From NCBI GenBank assembly GCA_050613775.1, contig JBODTK010000149.1:248001-312000 (forward strand): DNA of 64,000 nucleotides, given 5' to 3'. Made by a program: the position numbers and the translations under genes. Under the pieces are notes generated by a model. That model saw nothing but the letters and a program-made list of their open reading frames with translations, made no database searches and was not told the DNA's origin. Positions 41,420-55,901 of the stretch are shown in pieces (position 1 is the stretch's first letter; each line of letters starts with the position of its first letter). The stretch is from Neocallimastix sp. 'constans'. Its lineage: Eukaryota.

Positions 41420-43800
41420 TTATCTCTTTTTAGGTTTTGGCTTAATCTCTTCATCCTTTGTCGCATGTAAGAATACTTGAGTCTTAATTGATTGATTATT
41501 ATTTTCGTGACCCTAATTTATTAAAAAAAAAAAAAATTTTTTTTTTTATTAATAATATATATTGTTATTTAATATTAAAAGATATATATGTAAAAAAAAA
41601 AAAAAAAAAAAAAAAAAAGACTTTTTTTAATCAAATATTTGAAAGTAAAAAAAAATATATATATATATATTCTTTTTATATTTATTTATTTATATTTTAT
41701 TTTTATCTTATTATTATTATTATCATATTATATTTTATATATCTATAATATTTTACCTTTGACCAATCATAACCTAATGCATAAGCAAAGATAGAACCAT
41801 TTCTATTAAATGAAGTAGCTGTAATTGGAGTATGTAAATTAGAGAACTGCTTTAGTCTCTGTTTGCTATCTTTATCCCAAAAGTTGAATGAACCATCTGA
41901 ACCAGCGGTTGAGAAAGTACCATAAATTGGATGGAACGATATCGCATTGATAGCATATACATTTTGACCATCTCTATGACATTTGAATGAAAAGTTTTGA
42001 CTAATAAATAAAATTAAATAAATAAAAATAAATAAATAAATAAATATATAAATTAAAATAAAATATATAATAACAATATTTATTTATTTATTTATTTATT
42101 TTTATTTTTTTCTCTTTTATTACTTACGATTGTTCTTTTTCATCAATATATTGTATACCAACACGTCCTTCAATAGAACCAACAGCAAAACCATTACCCT
42201 GTGAGAAACAAGAAACAACTCTTGTTTGCCATTTTAATGGAGACTGTATTTGCTATAAATAATTACAATAATTAAATTAATGAATATAATTATTTTATGT
42301 AATATATATAGATATAGATATAGATATTAGTTTATATTTATATTAGTTTATTAAATATTTATATATTATTATCTTTTTTCTTTTTTCTTTATTTTTTTTT
42401 TTTTTTTTTTTTAATTATTATTATTTTTACTTTGAATGGAACTGTTGGATTTTGAAGATTATATATATTTATATGCTTTTCAGCTGTACCAATGACCATT
42501 AAAGGGAATAAGACGTCCATTGCATAACAACGTTCTGGTAATTGTAAAGTATGAACAGGATTTGATGATCTTAAATCCCAATACTATTTTATTGAATAGA
42601 GTACATAATACATATAAATTAGAATTAGAATTATTATTTAAAAAAAAAAAAAAAAAAAAAAAAAACAATTATTATAAAATAGAAAAAAAAGAAATATTAC
42701 TTTTAAAGTTTTATCCCAACTACCAGTAGCAACAATATTTTGCATACCACCTGTTCCATCTACAAATTTACCACATTTAATTGGTTCATCATGTGCTGCA
42801 ACTTGAACGGTTTGACCTGTAGCAACATCAATTACTTTACCAATTTTATCAACACCACCAGAAAAACATTTGTTACCGTCCTAATATTGAAATCGATAAT
42901 ATATATATATACATTATTATATATATATTATATTATATTATTATAATATTTTAATTATTAAATTATCATACTTGTAGAGATTCATTTTTTATATATATAC
43001 CTTGCTCCATGAACAACATAACGCTGGTCCATCATGAGTAATCATTGCTTTTGGAATTGCTTGACCATTTTGTTGTACTTCATAGATTCTGGTCTTCATT
43101 ATTAAATAATATATATGAAATTTAGATTTAAATTTATTTTATTTTATTTTTTTTTTTTTTCTACTTTTTAAATTTACATTATTATCCCATGAACTTATGG
43201 CCATAAAATCAGCTACTGGACTAAAAGCTATGTCTGAAACTGTATCAGATGGGGGTTGAGAAACCTATTATTTTTGATAATTATAATATTTATAATGATA
43301 GAATGCTTTTGTAAGTTATTTGATAAATTTGATTGAAATAATATTTTTATTTTTATTTTTATTTTTTTTTTTTTTTTTCATTATATTTTAAACTAATATT
43401 TCTTCTTCATTTATTTCTTGTTATTTCGTTTTAATTAACAATTTACACTTATTTCAATATAAAATTATAATATGTTCAAAATTATGTAATCAATTTTCAT
43501 TCGTTAAATAATTTATTACATAATTATAACAAGGAGATTATTTAATTTAACTTTTTTGATTCTTTTTAAAAAAGATATATATTAATAAATTTATTTATTA
43601 TATATAAATAAGAGATATAAATATAAAATATATATATATATATAATTTTTTTTTTTTTTTTTGAATTTTAAATAATAATTTCATTGTTATCAAAATATAC
43701 AATAAAAATTATGGTTAACCATTTCAAAATCCAAGAAATTCTAAATTTTAACTTGAATTTTTTTAATTATTTATACCTCAAAATCTTTCATAGAATTCAT
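41420..43800 (-). CDS. RAE1: mRNA export factor Rae1/Gle2 (WD40), multi-exon
   Basis: [78 protein letters not shown]. Confidence 0.95.
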
Positions 43801-43810
43801 TTTCGTTTTC

Positions 43811-43844
<34 letters not shown>

Positions 43845-44321
43845 TATATTTTTCACTGAAATTTTCAATAATATCGATTCAAATGTTAATTTTTAAAAAT
43901 TTTACTGATAACTAATTTGATAATAACTATATTGAAATTATGGAAATAATGTTTATTTAAATATATAATGTTCATTTTAATATTTAGGTATATATAAATA
44001 TGAATAGATATGTATATAAATATGTTAAATTTTAATTAATATAAAAAAAATATATATATTATAAAAATAAGAATTTATATAAAATATAATTTAAATAAAC
44101 TTTTTTAGTAAAAATGAATAGATCATTTATTGATGAAAATTATTAAAATTTTGATATATATATATTACTTTAAATTTTTTTTTTTTTTTGAAAATTTATA
44201 TTTTTAACTGAACATTATTTTATTATTATTATTATTATTTTATACTTACTTTATTTATTATGATTAATTTTATTGAGAATATTTTAGTTTAAATTTTATT
44301 TCAATGAATTTTATGCTTAAT

Positions 44322-44353
<32 letters not shown>

Positions 44354-45197
44354 TATAACTCAATTGTAAACTTTTATATAATTATTTCTATTATATAATT
44401 AAAAAAAAAATCTATTATTTAATAATAAAAAAAAAAAAATAATAATAAAATTAAAAATAATAATACACAATTATTCATTTTTATATAATTAACTATTTGA
44501 ATAAAATTAACCAATCAAAATTAAATAATATTGAAAACTTCATAATAAATAATAAATATTATGTTTTTTTTTTTTTACATAATCCTACTCTACACTTTTC
44601 TTTTTTTATATTGAATCATTATAAGTTTAATTTACTATTAATTATGAAATTTTAAAATTATTAATTGTTTCATCATTAATTATATAATTAATTATTTATA
44701 TTTTATTTATCCATTTAATTAATTAATTAATTATTTATAATTTATTATTAGCCATTACTTATTTAATTATTTATTATTTATTATTTGTTCATTTATTTAT
44801 TATTAATTATTTGATATTCATATTATTTATTATTTATTAATATTATTCATGACAATAATTAATTTTTTTATAAAATTAGAAAGGATTAAATAAAATATAT
44901 CATGGTTATAAAGTATATTAATGAATAAAATAACGTCGAAACGAAAAAGCAAAGAAATTCTTCAATTTATATTCGAATAATAATATTTATCTATATAAAG
45001 TTATCATCGATAAATGAGAAGAGGCCGAGATCATTATGTCCTGAAAAACGTAATTTTTTGATATTAATGTATGAATTTTCATGTATTTTATTTTCATGTA
45101 TTTTATTTTATTTTTTTTTTTTATTAAATATTATTAAATAAAGTTTATTCCAGGATAATATAATATTAAAAAAAAAAAAAAATAAAAATAAAATAAA

Positions 45198-45229
<32 letters not shown>

Positions 45230-45282
45230 AAGACTTTTATTTTTTTAAATAATTTAAATAATATTATTTAAAAAGATAAAAG

Positions 45283-45284
<2 letters not shown>

Positions 45285-45317
<33 letters not shown>

Positions 45318-45686
45318 GCTGGTGGGATTAAATGAGAGGGGAGGACAATAGGGTTTCCAATCTCTCCTTTAAACTAATATGAAAGATATTCCCTATACGT
45401 CGCTTTATATGACGGACTATTTTTTTCAGTGATCTTTTAAACCATCATCGATAGAGGAACAACTACACTAATCCTCTTAGAGATTAAGTGCTCTCTACAC
45501 TAACAATTATATAGTCCAGTAATAGGGAATACTTAACTATGGCAAGCGAAGACCAACTTTATTTATAGGAAAAAACCAACTTGAGAGGGTGAAAATTGCC
45601 CCATATAAATTTTGGAGGTAGTCGTGGGATCGATCCTGAAACATTATATATATTAGTCCCAAGTACTAACCACCAGAATAAGAATT
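45285..45686 (-). mobile_element. Putative tRNA-derived SINE (or Pol III structured ncRNA)
   Basis: Minus strand: A-box-like TATTCTGGTGG, B-box-like GGATCGATCCC, tRNA-length head ending CCA (45686-45613), GC-richer ~300-bp body, A31 tail; no clean TSD. Confidence 0.55.
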
Positions 45687-46399
45687 AAAAAGACATATTT
45701 ATAACTTTAGATTTACATGAACATAAAATATAATTAAAAGTATATTTTATAAATTATTCTTTTTTTTTTTATTTATTTTTAATGATAATTTATAAACTCT
45801 AATTTATATAATAAATTCTTTTTTATAATCCAAAAAAAATATATTTAATATAGAATGAATTTTATATAATTTATTGGATTTTTTTTACAGATAAAAAAAT
45901 AATAAAAATAAAAAAAAAGGAAAAAAAAAATAGAATATAATTAAATCCAAAAATTTAAAATTTATTTTTATAAGTGATAAATAAATTTTAATATATGAAA
46001 AAAGATTAAAAATTAAAATTTTATATGGATTAAAATTTTAATATATCTTAAAAGTTTAATGTTATGTAAAATGATTAAAAAAAAAAAAAAAAAATTAATA
46101 TATATAGATACAATATATATAGATAAAATTACTTAAAAAAATATAATATTTAATATTATATTCTAATTTTATTACATGATACTTATTTTTATTAAAAGAA
46201 AAAAAAAAAAATAATTAAAAATTAAAGATAAAAAATTAAAAGTACTTTTGTAAAGTAATATAAAATTTGTTTTATTACTTTATAAATTTATAATTTTATA
46301 TATTATTGAACTTTTTTTTTTTTTAAAAAAAAAAAAGTTCATTTATATCTATTATTAATTTGATATATTATATATAAAATTAAATAAAGAAATCAAAAA

Positions 46400-47203
46400 A
46401 TGAGAGATAGAATGGAAGAATTTAAGGTATATAATATTATCTTCAATTAACAAATTTAATAAATATATTATTATTATTATTATTATTATATTTTATTAAA
46501 AAATTTATATTAATAAAATCATTTATAATTATATTATTATTCACATTATTTATGAATGTATTAAAAAAAAAAAACCTATTATTTTTTTTTTTAAAAAAAA
46601 GGGGACTTCCGTGGCCCCGGACCAATGTTCAAATAATACAAATAATAAAAATTCAGCGGATATCAATAACTATCTATCAAAAGTAAAAAATAGTATTATA
46701 TTACTTTTATATGAATATAATAGAGGATGATGATAAATACTTATAATTATCAATATAGAAATTATTTTAAATAAATTTTATATAATTTATTGACTCAATT
46801 TCATTTTTAAAAATATCAATATTATATATATATATATATATTTTTTTTTTTTATATCTTTATTATTATTTCATTATTGTTCATATTACTTCATAATAATA
46901 ATAATAATAATAAAATTGAAAAAAAAAAAAAAAAATCGAAATGAATATATTATTTATTATAAACAGATAGAAATGCTTAAAACATCAATTGCTGTAATGA
47001 AGCAAAAGGTAGAAAATTTGGAAGAATTATATAATAGATCATTAGATACAATTAATGATTATCAATTAAAACGTATATATATTTTACATTAATCCATTAA
47101 ATATAAATTATCATTATTAATATAAATTAAATTATTAATAGAGAGAAATTCAATATGCATTAATATATATAAAAATAACATTTATACATATATATATAAA
47201 TAA

Positions 47204-47234
<31 letters not shown>

Positions 47235-47649
47235 TCTGAAGAACTTAATAATGAGATGGATTTAATGGCTAAAAGTTCAAAAGATGTACAACTACAACTT
47301 ATAGGTATTATAATTAAATAATACCATAATCAAAATATATAAATAATAATATATATATATTTTATAAAAAAAATATATATCAATGTTAAAATAATGAAAA
47401 TAATAATAATAATTAATTATTAAAATAAAAATCTTTTTTTTTTGGGGGGGCTCTTTTTATATTTTATAATAATATTATAAATTAAAAACAACAATAATAA
47501 TAATAATAGCTATGGATAATGAAAATAAAAAACTTTCTGGTAAATTACAACCTAGTGATTTACGAATAAGACAAACTCAAGTAGGATTAAAAATTTAATT
47601 ATTTTATATATATATATATATAGTACTTTTTTTTTTTTTTTTTTTTTTG

Positions 47650-47682
<33 letters not shown>

Positions 47683-48250
47683 CAATAATAACAATTTATT
47701 TAATATGGAAAGAAAAATATATATACATATATATATATTTATTTATTTATTATACTTATATTCTTATATTATATATATATCTATTTATTATACTTTTATA
47801 TTATATATTCCATCATCATAGCAAATTACATTAACAAAATCATTTATGGATACAATGAATAAATATAGAGACATTCAAACGAAATATCAAATGAAATATA
47901 AAGAAAGAATGGAAAAACAATATTTAATTGGTATATATATATATATAATATATAAAATTTAATATATTATTATTATTTTTATTAATATGTTTGATATTTG
48001 AATGAATATTTTTTTAATGAATTTATTTGATATGAATAATATGATATTAAAATAAAATCAATAAAAAAAAAATAAAAAAATAAAAAAATCCAATATAAAA
48101 TAACAAATTGAAATCATCTCAAAAATTATTAAATAATCACTAAAAGTTAATCCAAATACATCTGAAAATGAAATTGCTAGATTATTAGAAAGTGGGGAAT
48201 TAGGAACAATTTTTGCACAAGAAGTACGACAAATCCAAATAAATTTATAA

Positions 48251-48281
<31 letters not shown>

Positions 48282-48417
48282 TTTATTTATTATTTTATCA
48301 TTATTATTATTTATTCTAATTAATATATATTATTTTAATATTAATTCAGTAAATAATTTTTAAAAAAATTATATAATTATATAGAAAAAAATGAAATAAA
48401 ATATTTTATAATTAAAT

Positions 48418-48464
<47 letters not shown>

Positions 48465-48987
48465 AAATATTGATCCTATAATAATATTATTATTATTGTT
48501 AATAAAAAATATATATATATATATAAACATTATATTATATAGTTAATGGAAAAAGGATCTAAATCTGCTGATGCTAAAGCTGCACTTCAAGATATTCAAG
48601 AAAGACATCAAGAAATAATAAAAATTGAACAAACCGTTTTGGTATATAATATATTTAAATGAAAATAATTTTTATTAATTTTTTTTTTTTTATATTTTTT
48701 TAAAAAAAAACAAAAAAAGTTAAAATAAAAATAAAAAATGTAAATAAATGAAAAAAAAAGTTAATACTAATAATAAATATATATTTTTTAATATATATAT
48801 ATATATATATAAAAGGAATTACAACAACTTTTTATTGATATGCAAGTACTCGTTAAAGATCAAGGAGAAGTTATTAATCAGATTGAATGTAACGTTCAAT
48901 CTGCTAATGAAAATACAGAACAAGGTGTTGAAGAATTAAAAACAGCCGTAGTATATCAAGTAAATAAAAAATATATAAAATATTATA

Positions 48988-49021
<34 letters not shown>

Positions 49022-49457
49022 TTTTTTTGTTATTTTTTAATTTTTAATTATTTTTTTTATTATTTAATTAATTTTTTTAAATACAATTTGTAATTTATAT
49101 AAATAAACTTTTTATTCTAATATAACTATTATTATTATTATTATTATAATTATCTTTTTACACATATATATAATTATATATAATATTATATTATCAATTA
49201 TTTATTAAATAGAAAAAAGCTAGAAAGGTAATAATTATTTTTATTTACAAATTTATTGTATATATAAAACAAAATTTTTTTTAAAAAAAAAAAAACATTT
49301 AATGCTAACTTTTAATTAAATATATATATAAATTTTAATATATATCAATATCAATATCCACGAATATGCCTTAATAATATTTAAATAGAAATTAATTATT
49401 TTAATATTATTAATTTTAATTATAATTATCGTTATTTTGGTTATAATTTTCATATAA
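46400..49457 (+). CDS. Plasma-membrane syntaxin (Sso1/STX1-like Qa-SNARE), multi-exon
   Basis: MRDRMEEFK N-peptide; DLRIRQTQ; ALQDIQERHQEIIKIEQTVLELQQLFIDMQVLVKDQGEVINQIE SNARE motif; KKARKK plus C-terminal TM anchor. Confidence 0.92.
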
Positions 49458-50160
49458 TCTATTTAAAATATAAATAATTTTTTTTTTTTTTTTAAATTAA
49501 AATATATATATATATACACACTTCTGAAAATATCTTTTTACTATTTAATTTTTATTTTATATATTTATTTGTTTATTTTTGTTAATTGTATATGAAATTC
49601 AAATCCTCCTTCATAATCAGATAATTTATTAAAAATTAAAAAAAAAAAAAAAAAACTAATAATTAAAAGAATAAATAAATATATAAATATATAAATACAT
49701 AATCAAATAAAAAAAAAATAAATAAATTATTACAATTATATATATAACACATTAATAAAAAATATAGAAATAAAGATAAAATAAATAAAACTATAGATTA
49801 ATATAAAAATGAAATATATTCATCAGTTTCAATATAATTTATATTTTAAAATGTTTTTTATTTTTTATTTATTTATTTATTTATTAATTAATATAATTTA
49901 TTATTATTATTTTAATTTTTTTTTTTTTTTTTTTTATTTATTTATTTGCTATATTATTTAAAATTAATTATAATTTAAAAAAAAAATTTTTTTTTTGTGT
50001 TGTGTTTGTTATTATTAATAATATATATACTTATTTTATATTTGGATAAATAAAAATTAAAAATATTTTTATTTAATATCTTTTAATATTTATCTATATA
50101 TATATTATTTTAGTGTTTAATCTTTTTTTGAATATATAAATATATATATTATTTATTACT

Positions 50161-51075
50161 TTAAATAAATTTCTTTAATTCTTTAGCAACATCTTTAACC
50201 TTTTCATCACTACTATTACTATACATTGAACATGCATTAGATATATTAGATAAAAGACCTGCAGCTTCTTTCATACTTGGATAATAATTAAGCTTTTAAT
50301 TTTTATATTTAATAAAAAAATTATATATTGGTATTAATAATTTAAAAATAATATATACATATATATAATATTTTATTTTTATACTGTTAATTTAAAAAAA
50401 ATTAAAAATTCAAATTAAAAAAAAAAAAAAATCTTTATAAACTTACTAAGTTTCCAATAGAAATACAAATACGGAATTGATTATCTGCAAAGTTTTCATT
50501 TTCCATTGCCTTTTATTTAATTTTTAATGATAATAATAATATTAATAATAAAATATTAAATTAATTATTCAAAGTTATAGCCTTATAATTTATTTAAAGA
50601 TTAATGATAATATATAAATATATATATATATATAAATTACATTATTAAGTAATTCTAATAATTGGAAAGCATGTTCATAATCTTCAGTATTTTTAATTAA
50701 TACAGTAAAGCTAATATAAATATAGTTATATATATAAAAACAAAAATGATAAATATATTTTAATATTAACTATCTTATTATTGTTAAAATTATAATAATA
50801 GAATATATATATATGTAAATACTTTAAAATAGTAGTAATTAAGGCAAATTTAAAGAATTTATTTGAATTTTCGGTAGCAGTTTTCTCAATACATTGAATA
50901 ATCTAATGATATTAATAATGAATATTTTAAATTACGTTAGATATTATATTATATTATATTATATTATATAATATTATAAATAGAATATATATATTTATAA
51001 TAGTGTTATTTTATTTTTTTTTTTTTTTTTTTTATTATTATTATTATTAAATTAATAATTTATAAATTTTTAATT

Positions 51076-51112
<37 letters not shown>

Positions 51113-52115
51113 AAAAAAAATACATACAAGGTTTATATTTTCATTAATAAAGCTTCTACCAATCTTTGAAGCAAATAAATTTGAAATGAATCTGAAAATA
51201 AACATTCTACAATTAATACTGAACTTATCACCTTCGATACTCTTTTCTTTTGGACTAATTGGGAAGTTGTTTTTTAAAAGTTCAACAACAAATCCTTTAT
51301 TATCATCTTGAATAGGTTGAGCAGTATAAATTGAACACATTCTTAATAAATCAAGACCTAAACAGATAAAATAATTCAGAATAATATAATTTTTAATATT
51401 ATAAATTTTTTTTTTTTTTTTTTTTAAATGTTTTAATATTCATAATATTTATATTTAAAATTAAATAAAATAAAATAAAACAATATAAAAAAAAATAAAT
51501 AAATAATCATAATATATTTATATATATATATTAATATTTACATGGGAATCGATAATTAACTGGCCATTCAATACAAGTTTTTTTTATAGTATCCATATGT
51601 TTTTGAGTAAATTGTTGTTTAAATACTTCCACTGATGGTTTTTCAAATATGATTGCTAATTCAGATAAGTTTTCTATTTCTTCATTATTTAAACTTTTTT
51701 CAGGAGACTTGTTTGTTTGTTTTGTTTTTTTTAACACATTAATTAAAAATTTTTTATTATTAAGTTTATATTAATTTATATATATATATATATTTTTTTT
51801 TTGATAAATAAATATATAAATATTATAATATATCATACATCGGTCTTAATTTTATCATTAAATTCAAGAATTTTGCTTATAATTTTATCAGCATCACCAA
51901 CTTTGAAAATTGTATATCCATCCTATATATATATTAGTAAAGTATTAAAAATTATTAAATTTTTTATTTTAAAAAAAATTATTTTAATTAAAACATGTAT
52001 TACTATTATTATTATTATTATAATTATTTTTATACCTTTGGAATATATGCTAATTTATTAGTTAAAACGCCATTAAAAAAATTAATATATATATATATAT
52101 ACATATTTTAGCATT

Positions 52116-52151
<36 letters not shown>

Positions 52152-52396
52152 TTTATATATATTATAATAATTATTTAAAAAAAAAATTATTTTTTACTTT
52201 GAGTTTTAGTTGTATTGACTGGGGCAGACTATTATATTTATTTCAAATATTAATAAAAATAATTATTATGAATATTACTTTATGCTATTATTATTTTTTT
52301 TTTTAATTATTATGAAATTAAATTCTATATAATTTCAGTATTTTACTTACAGTATTAACTTTATTATTATTATTATTGTTATTATTATTATTATTA

Positions 52397-52469
<73 letters not shown>

Positions 52470-52916
52470 AAGTCAAATTTAAAAAATAAAAAAAATAAAA
52501 TAAAATTAATATTAAAGTATAATTTTAAAATTTATTATATTTATTTATATATAGTTTACCATTATTGGCTTGACCCGGTACGTATCTTGAGGCTATATTA
52601 TAATTTATATTTATACCACAATAATGAAATATATATAAACATTTAATTAAAAAAAAAAAATTATTATTATTATTAATTAAAAAATTACAAAAAGTTAATT
52701 AATTACATGTAAATGGAGTTGCTGCTGGTACATTGGCATTTGAATTTCCAAGTGTTACTGATTTAGAATTATTAATAATAAACATTGCAATTTGATCAAG
52801 GAAATCTTGAGATAATTCATGTTTCCAAATAAATTCTTGTGCAGCTTGATATGGATTATCTAAAAATTTTCAAATATGACATATATATATATTTTTATTA
52901 ATGTTATTTTAAATGG

Positions 52917-52978
<62 letters not shown>

Positions 52979-53856
52979 AAGAAAATAATTAAATATAAAT
53001 AAATAAATAAATAAATAAAAATTCATATTTTGCTAAATATATATATATATAATATATTATTTATTTATATTATATATAATTAGAATTATTATTTATTACC
53101 TGTAGCATTATATGGAAGACGTAAAATACTACCATCTCCAATATCAATATCAAATACATAATCATATTCTTTTCCTTCAAATAATGTTTTATTAGAAGAA
53201 ACTGAATCGACAACAACACCAACTTTTACCCATTTTTGTTCAGAATTACTCCACTGAAAAAGTTTTTTTTTTTTTTTTAAAGTATAAATTATAAATATTA
53301 TTAAAAGTATACAATAATATTTTTTTTAAAAAAAAAAAAAAAGTTATTATTAATTAATATAATAATAATAAAATAATTATAACAATATATTATTAATTTA
53401 TTAACTTGATAGGCTTCAACATCTTTTCCATTTTTAATCATTGCAACTTGACCATCCTTTTTACCTTTTTTATTTATTAATATATATGAATGTGTATGTT
53501 TTAAAAATTAATATATATATTTTTATAAAAAAATTTTAAAATATACTGAAATATACATATAAAAAAATTTTTTTTTTTTTTCTTTTTTCAAATATATTTA
53601 ATAATATATTTTCTAAAATTAATATTTACCTGGAGTATTAAGGAAACTTTTATCTTTAATTTCATTCTTATCAATATTCATTCCATTTCTATTTATTTAT
53701 ATATGAATTTTTATTTTTATTCTTTAATTAATTTATAAAGGATATATATATATTTTTTTTTAAAAAAATATTATATAAATTCAAAAATGATTTATTTACG
53801 AAGCAACTGCGAAATTCGATACAGCATCTTCAAATTGCTAATTTTATATTTTATTA

Positions 53857-53897
<41 letters not shown>

Positions 53898-54741
53898 TAT
53901 ATATATATATATATAAATTAGTATTAATGATCTATTTTGACTTTGAAAAAAAGTGATGAATTTTTTTTTTAATTAATATGTATTACTTTAATTAAGTCTT
54001 GGCTTGCAATTCTTTCTGGATCTCTTGTAAAGATTCTAATAATATTGTCACTTGCACCACTAGCAATATCACCATTGGGTAAAGCTTGTACACACCAAAC
54101 TGAAACAGCTGGATGACTTATAGTTTGTTTACATTCATTATCTTTTTATATATATATATCAAATTTATTAATAAAATAAATTAAAAATTAAATGCTATAT
54201 AAATTTTTTTTTTTTTAAATCTATTATACCTTTCCAAATTTTTACAGTTCTATCTTCACCACATGAAATGATTTCATCGGTAACTGGGTTATATTTAACG
54301 CAATAAACAAATGCAGTATGACTATATAATTCATTTAAACAATTACCATCTAAATCCCAAATTCTTAATGAACTATTAAATAAAAACATAATGAACATTA
54401 ATTATAAAAAATTTTTATAAATTATTTGACTTCATTTATTTAATTCAATTATATGTACTATTTCAAATATGTAATATATACCCATCATTAGAACATGAAA
54501 CAAATTTATTATCGGATATACTTGCTAAACCTCTTACACAATCAGAATGACCAATAAATGTATGGATACATTCATCATTTTCCCATAATTTTATTGACTT
54601 ATCAGCAGAGGCTTTAAAATTAAACAATAAAACAAAAAAAAAAATAATAAAAAAAAAGTAATTAAATATATATAATTTATTAATTCTTAGTTTTTAATAT
54701 TATTTATATATTATTTTATATTATTTCATTTTATTACTATC

Positions 54742-54773
<32 letters not shown>

Positions 54774-55901
54774 TTCATAGTTATAAATGTAAACATACCA
54801 GTTAAAACTTTATTATTTGGAAGACCCAAAACTGCCCATATAGCTAAAGTATGACCTTTTAAAGTATATTGGCAATTCCAATTATTCCATATTTTTGCAG
54901 TACTAGGTTTTTTTTTTTTTTTTTAAAAAAAACATTTATATTAATTTATATAAGAAGTAAATAATTATTACATATAATGAACCATTGTTTTTATAATTAA
55001 TTTAAATATTTATATATTTAAATTAATTGATATAATGATATTTACGAATCCCAAGAACCAGAAATAATTAAACCATTAGGAGTACTAGAAATTGAAGAAA
55101 CTGTATTTTCATGTCCAATTAGAATATACATTGGTTCATTTGATCCGGGTTCATATACATTAATAGTTTTATCAACACCACCACTTAAAATTAAACCTAT
55201 TTTTAATCATTTAATTATAATATAATAAATATAATAATATTAATAGTGGTAGTAGTAATTATAATAGAGTAATTATAATAATTATTAATTAATAAATAAT
55301 AAATAAATAAGAATTTTTTGTTAAAATTTTATGATTACTACAAAAAAAATTTTTTATTTTTTATAGTTAAATTTATGTTTAATTTTTCAAAAATAATATA
55401 TTAACTCAAATAATGGATAAATAACCTTTTGGAAATTGTGCATTTGGTTTTAAGTAATAAAGGCATATTACATAACCTTTGTGAAATGCATAATTAGTTA
55501 ATGGTTCGTATGTATTATCAATGTTATGCTTCCATGATATTACCAAACTATCTCTTGAAGCTGAAATTATATTATTATCTTGATCATAATCAATACCACG
55601 TACCTTAAATTTAATATTGTCAATTATATGTTTTCATTTAAAAATTCAATTGAAATTTGAAATTATATGTATTATTGTTATTTTTTTTTTTTTAATATAT
55701 GTATATATAAAAATAAAAAATATTATAATTAAAATAATTATTTTATACAATAATGTTATTCTCATAAATATAGAAATTGGTTTCAAATAAAACATTTATA
55801 TTTAATATTTTATTTATTTATTTATTATTATTTTTTTTCAAAGTGTTTCATACATCAAGATTATGACCCAATAAATTAGCTGAGAGTTTATAGGTTTCCA
55901 T
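50161..55901 (-). CDS. DOA1: Doa1/Ufd3/PLAA ubiquitin homeostasis protein (WD40-PFU-PUL), multi-exon
   Basis: YKLSANLLGHNLDVRG, HPAVSVWCV, FEGKEYDYVFDIDI, LPYN..NPYQAAQEFI, PFTSSRYVPG, WPVNYRFPCLDLLR. Confidence 0.93.

Noticed and set aside
44930..45055. Hammerhead ribozyme- or U2-like fragment (GAAGAGGCCGAGA...GAAAAACGT)
   Set aside because: No intact CUGANGA/GAAA core with paired stems; U2 similarity is only about 9 nt
45613..45686. Functional tRNA gene
   Set aside because: Acceptor and anticodon stems do not pair and the B box is degenerate
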